This document shows, one piece after another, positions 58,401-64,000 of a stretch of DNA of 64,000 nt. Origin of the DNA: Antedon mediterranea. Its lineage: Eukaryota > Animalia > Echinodermata. The notes below the pieces were generated by a model that saw only the letters and a list, made by a program, of their open reading frames with translations, did not search any database and had not been told where the DNA came from. The translations under genes and the position numbers were made by a program. Each line of letters begins with the position of its first letter. Position 1 is the first letter of the stretch. Where the stretch lies: positions 12,386,771 through 12,450,770 of the forward strand of contig NC_092676.1 in assembly GCF_964355755.1 (NCBI RefSeq), read 5' to 3'.

Positions 58401-59357
58401 ATTTTTAGCATTTCGATAATACTTTTCACACAAAAACATCAAAGTGCACAAAATAGCTTCAAATCGCATTTAGAGATGTTTTAGACCATTTTGTGCATTT
58501 CGATAAAACTTTTCACACAAAAACATCAAATTGCACAAAATAGCTTAATACCGTGTTTGAAATCATTTTAAACCATTTTGAGCATGTCGATAAAACTTTT
58601 CACACAAAAACATCAAAGTTTTTAGAATATCTCCAAATCGCATTTGGAGACGTTTTAGACCATTTTGTGCATTTCGATGAAACTTGGTTACACAAAAACA
58701 TCAAAGTGCTTAAAATCACATTTGAAACCGTTTTAGAGCATTTTGAGCATTTCGATAAAACTTTTCAAACAAAAACATCAAAGTGTACAAAATAGCTTCA
58801 AATCACATTTGAAACCGTTTTAGACCATTTTGAGCATTTCGATAAAACTTTTCACACAAAAACATCAAAGTGTACAAAATAGCTTCAAATCGCATTTGGA
58901 GACGTTTTAGACCATTTTGTGCATTTCGATGAAACTTGGTTACACAAAAACATCAAAGTGCTTAAAATCACATTTGAAACCGTTTTAGAGCATTTTTAGC
59001 ATTTCGATAATACTTTTCACACAAAACATCAAAGTGTACAAAATAGCTTCAAATCGCATTTGGAGACGTTTTAGACCATTTTGTGCATTTCGATGAAACT
59101 TGGTTACACAAAAACATCAAAGTGCTTAAAATCACATTTGAAACCGTTTTAGACCATTTTGAGCATTTCGATAAAACTTTTCACACAAAAAAATCAAAGT
59201 GCACAAAATAGCTTCAAATCGCATTTGGGGACGTTTTAGACTATTTTGTGCATTTCGAAAAAAATTGTTAACATAAAAAGACCAAAGTGTTTAGAATATC
59301 TCCAAATCGCATTTGGAGACGTTTTAAACCATTTTGTGCATTTCGATGGAACTTGGT

Positions 59358-60688
59358 TACACAAAAACATCAAAGTGCTTAAAATCACATTTAAAACCGT
59401 TTTAGAGCATTTTTAGCATTTCGATAAAACTTTTCACACAAAAACATCAAAGTGTACAAAATAGCTTCAAATCGCATTTAGAGAGGTTTTAGACAATTTT
59501 GTGCATTTCGATAAAACTTTTCACACAAAAACATCAAAGTGTACAAAATAGCTTCAAATTGCATTTAGAGACGTTTTAGACCATTTTGTGCATTTCGATA
59601 AAACTTTTCACACAAAAACATCAAATTGCACAAAATCGTTTTAAACCATTTTAAATCGTTTTAAACCATTTTGAGCATGTCGATAAAACTTTTCACAAAA
59701 AACATCAAAGTGCACAGAATAGCTTCAAATTGCATTTGGAGACGTTTTAGAGCATTTTGTGCATTTCGATAAAATGTGTTAACATAAAAAGACCAAAGTG
59801 TTTAGAATATCTTCAAATCACATTTGGAGACGTTTTAGACCATTTTTTGCATTTCGATGAAACTTGGTTACACAAAAACATCAAAGTGCTTAAAATCACA
59901 TTTGAAACCGTTTTAGAGCATTTTGAGCATTTCGATAAAACTTTTCACACAAAAACATCAAAGTGTACAAAATAGCTTCAAATCGCATTTAGAGACGTTT
60001 TAGACCATTTTTTGCATTTCGATGAAACTTGGTTACACAAAAACATCAAAGTGCTTAAAATCACATTTAAAACCGTTTTAGAGCATTTTTAGCATTTCGA
60101 TAAAACTTTTCACACAAAAACATCAAAGTGTACAAAATAGCTTCAAATCGCATTTAGAGAGGTTTTAGACAATTTTGTGCATTTCGATAAAACTTTTCAC
60201 ACAAAAACATCAAAGTGTACAAAATAGCTTCAAATTGCATTTAGAGACGTTTTAGACCATTTTGTGCATTTCGATAAAACTTTTCACACAAAAACATCAA
60301 ATTGCACAAAATCGTTTTAAACCATTTTAAATCGTTTTAAACCATTTTGAGCATTTCGATAAAACTTTTCACAAAAAACATCAAAGTGCACAGAATAGCT
60401 TCAAATTGCATTTGGAGACGTTTTAGAGCATTTTGTGCATTTCGATAAAATGTGTTAACATAAAAAGACCAAAGTGTTTAGAATATCTTCAAATCACATT
60501 TGGAGACGTTTTAGACCATTTTTTGCATTTCGATGAAACTTGGTTACACAAAAACATCAAAGTGCTTAAAATCACATTTGAAACCGTTTTAGAGCATTTT
60601 GAGCATTTCGATAAAACTTTTCACACAAAAACATCAAAGTGTACAAAATAGCTTCAAATCGCATTTAGAGACGTTTTAGACCATTTTG
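59358..60688 (+). repeat. Tandem pair of the 676-bp HOR
   Basis: ORFs at 59757 and 60433. Confidence 0.9.
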
Positions 60689-61719
60689 TGCATTTCGAAA
60701 AAATTTGTTAACATAAAAAGACCAAAGTGTTTAGAATATCTCCAAATCGCATTTGGAGACGTTTTAGACCATTTTGTGCATTTCGATGAAACTTGGTTAC
60801 ACAAAAACATCAAAGTGCTTAAAATCACATTTGAAACCGTTTTAGAGCATTTTTAGCATTTCGATAATACTTTTCACACAAAAACATCAAAGTGTACAAA
60901 ATAGCTTCAAATCGCATTTGGAGACGTTTTAGACCATTTTGTGCATTTCGATGAAACTTGGTTACACAAAAACATCAAAGTGCTTAAAATCACATTTGAA
61001 ACCGTTTTAGACCATTTTGAGCATTTCGATAAAACTTTTCACACAAAAAAATCAAAGTGCACAAAATAGCTTCAAATCGCATTTGGAGACGTTTTAGACT
61101 ATTTTGTGCATTTTGAAAAAATTTGTTAACATAAAAAGACCAAAGTGTTTAGAATATCTCCAAATCGCATTTGGAGACGTTTTAGACCATTTTGTGCATT
61201 TCGATGGAACTTGGTTACACAAAAACATCAAAGTGCTTAAAATCACATTTGAAACCGTTTTAGAGCATTTTTAGCATTTCGATAATACTTTTCACACAAA
61301 AACCTCAAAGTGTACAAAATAGCTTCAAATCGCATTTAGAGAGGTTTTAGACCATTTTGTGCATTTCGATAAAACTTTTCACACAAAAACATCAAAGTGT
61401 ACAAAATAGCTTCAAATCGCATTTAGAGACGTTTTAGACCATTTTGTGCATTTCGATAAAACTTTTCACACAAAAACATCAAATTGCACAAAATAGCTTA
61501 ATACCGTGTTTGAAATCGTTTTAAACCATTTTGAGCATGTCGATAAAACTTTTCACAAAAAAACATCAAAGTGCACAGAATAGCTTCAAATCGCATTTGG
61601 AGACGTTTTAAACCATTTTGAGCATTTCGATAAAACTTTTCACACAAAAACATCAAAGTGTACAAAATAGCTTCAAATCGCATTTAGAGAGGTTTTAGAC
61701 CATTTTGTGCATTTCGATA

Positions 61720-64000
61720 AAACTTTTCACACAAAAACATCAAATTGCACAAAATAGCTTAATATTGTGTTTGAAAACGTTTTAAACCATTTTGAGCATG
61801 TCGATAAAACTTTTCACACAAAAATATCAAAGCTCACAGAATATCTTCAAATCGCATTTAGAGACGTTTTAGACCATTTTGTGCATTTCGAAAAAATTTG
61901 TTAACATAAAAAGACCAAAGTGTTTAGAATATCTCCAAATCGCATTTGGAGACGTTTTAGACCATTTTGTGCATTTCGATGAAACTTGATTACACAAAAA
62001 CATCAAAGTGCTTAAAATCACATTTAAAACCGTTTTAGAGCGTTTTGAGCATTTCGATAAACTTTTCACACAAAAACATCAAAGTGCACAAAATAGCTTC
62101 AAATCGCATTTAGAGATGTTTTAGACCATTTTGTGCATTTCGATAAAACTTTTCACACAAAAACATCAAATTGCACAAAAAAGCTTAATACCGTGTTTGA
62201 AATCGTTTTAAACCAATTTGAGCATGTCGAAAAAACTTTTCACACAAAAACATCAAAGTGCACAGAATATCTTCAAATCGCATTTAGAGACGTTTTAGAC
62301 CATTTTGTGCATTTCGAAAAAATTTGTTAACATAAAAAGACCAAAGTGTTTAGAATATCTCCAAATTGCATTTGGAGACGTTTTAGACCATTTTGTGCAT
62401 TTCGATGAAACTTGGTTACACAAAAACATTAAAGTGCTTAAAATCACATTTGAAACCGTTTTAGAGCATTTTGAGCATTTCGATAAAACTTTTCACACAA
62501 AAACATCAAAGTGTACAAAATAGCTTCAAATCACATTTGAAACCGTTTTAGACCATTTTGAGCATTTCGATAAAACTTTTCACACAAAAACATCAAAGTG
62601 TACAAAATAGCTTCAAATCGCATTTGGAGACGTTTTAGACCATTTTGTGCATTTCGATGAAACTTGGTTACACAAAAACATCAAAGTGCTTAAAATCACA
62701 TTTGAAACCGTTTTAGAGCATTTTTAGCATTTCGATAATACTTTTCACACAAAAACATCAAAGTGTACAAAATAGCTTCAAATCGCATTTGGAGACGTTT
62801 TAGACCATTTTGTGCATTTCGATGAAACTTGGTTACACAAAAACATCAAAGTGCTTAAAATCACATTTGAAATCGTTTTAGACCATTTTGAGCATTTCGA
62901 TAAAACTTTTCACACAAAAAAATCAAAGTGCACAAAATAGCTTCAAATCGCATTTGGAGACGTTTTAGACTATTTTGTGCATTTCGAAAAAATTTGTTAA
63001 CATAAAAAGACCAAAGTGTTTAGAATATCTCCAAATCGCATTTGGAGACGTTTTAAATCATTTTGTGCATTTCGATGGAACTTGGTTACACAAAAACATC
63101 AAAGTGCTTAAAATCACATTTAAAACCGTTTTAGAGCATTTTGAGCATTTCGATAAAACTTTTCACACAAAAACATCAAAGTGTACAAAATAGCTTCAAA
63201 TCGCATTTAGAGAGGTTTTAGACCATTTTGTGCATTTCGATAAAACTTTACACACAAAAACATCAAAGTGTACAAAATAGCTTCAAATCGCATTTAGAGA
63301 CGTTTTAGACCATTTTGTGCATTTCGATAAAACTTTTCACACAAAAACATCAAATTGCACAAAATAGCTTAATATCGTGTTTGAAAACGTTTTAAACCAT
63401 TTTGAGCATGTCGATAAAACTTTTCACACAAAAATATCAAAGTGCACAGAATATCTTCAAATCGCATTTAGAGACGTTTTAGACCATTTTGTGCATTTCG
63501 AAAAAATTTGTTAACATAAAAAGACCAAAGTGTTTAGAATATCTCCAAATCGCATTTGGAGACGTTTTAGACCATTTTGTGCATTTCGATGAAACTTGGT
63601 TACATAAAAACATCAAAGTGCTTAAAATCACATTTAAAACCGTTTTAGAGCGTTTTGAGCATTTCGATAAACTTTTCACACAAAAACATCAAAGTGCACA
63701 AAATAGCTTCAAATCGCATTTAGAGATGTTTTAGACCATTTTGTGCATTTCGAAAAAACTTTTCACACAAAAACATCAAATTGCACACAATAGCTTAATA
63801 CCGTGTTTGAAATCGTTTTAAACCATTTTGAGCATGTCGATAAAACTTTTCACACAAAAACATCAAAGTGCACAGAATATCTTCAAATCGCATATAGAGA
63901 CGTTTTAGACCATTTTGTGCATTTCGAAAAAATTTGTTAACATTAAAAGACCAAAGTGTTTAGAATATCTCCAAATCGCATTTGGAGACGTTTTAGACCA
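61720..64000 (+). repeat. Block matching about 28000-30280 (offset 33,722)
   Basis: ORFs 28147/28411/28583/29253/29757 recur at 61869/62133/62305/62975/63479. Confidence 0.85.

Larger units (their letters stand above)
44484..58767 (+). repeat. Copy 2 of the near-identical block of at least 14.3 kb
   Basis: Constant offset of 44,483 from 1-14284. I noticed only seven substitutions by eye. Confidence 0.93.
1..64000. repeat. Tandem satellite DNA array of 78-88 bp monomers with higher-order repeat structure (probable centromeric/pericentromeric satellite)
   Basis: Every part of the window is a variant of GATAAAACTTTTCACACAAAAACATCAAAGTGTACAAAATAGCTTCAAATCGCATTTGGAGACGTTTTAGACCATTTTGTGCATTTC, head-to-tail in one orientation and running off both ends. 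I saw no unique sequence. The centromeric location is inference. Confidence 0.98.

Noticed and set aside
534-63734. About 130 short ORFs (61-143 aa) with recurring peptides such as MCISKKFVNIKRPK and HFDKTFHTKTSK
   Set aside because: They are translations of the satellite. The 87- and 78-bp monomers are multiples of three, so frames stay open briefly. Many start at GTG/TTG, they overlap in several frames and on both strands, they are broken by stops and frameshifts between copies, and I recognise no domain.
1-64000. CRISPR-like array (regular spacing, palindromic conserved segment)
   Set aside because: The intervening segments are homologous variants of each other, not unique spacers. There is no leader and no cas gene.
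1-64000. Tandem tRNA, 5S or snRNA genes, given the 78-88 bp unit with hairpins
   Set aside because: I see no cloverleaf, no GTTCRA T-loop and no A/B boxes, and frequent T4 runs would terminate Pol III.
1-64000. Strand inversions, transposon insertions or telomeric repeats within the array
   Set aside because: None seen. Minus-strand ORFs are just the reverse reading of the same forward-oriented monomers.
1-64000. Assignment to a named satellite family or species
   Set aside because: I do not recognise the consensus, and monomer or dimer length alone is not diagnostic. A database search is required.

Overview
The whole 64 kb window is one uninterrupted, single-orientation, AT-rich (about 32% GC in the main monomer) tandem satellite array, most likely eukaryotic centromeric or pericentromeric heterochromatin. 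I see no credible genes, RNA genes, CRISPR arrays or transposon insertions, and the ORF track is only translated repeat. Phased at the recurring TCGA site, the array has roughly 750 monomers (64,000 divided by about 85 bp) of four related classes: A (87 bp), B (78 bp), C (87 bp) and D (88 bp). These follow order rules (B-A dimer 165 bp, D-B-A trimer 253 bp). They also form nested higher-order blocks at offsets of 174, 676, 1,358, 12,214, 15,847, 33,722 and 44,483 bp, including a near-identical 14.3-kb duplication. The monomer has about 10-bp-phased A/T tracts, a degenerate fold-back structure, a short hairpin whose arms co-vary between classes, and CpG-decay variants. All comparisons were made by eye and from ORF-track offsets. 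The organism and centromere function cannot be determined from this window.
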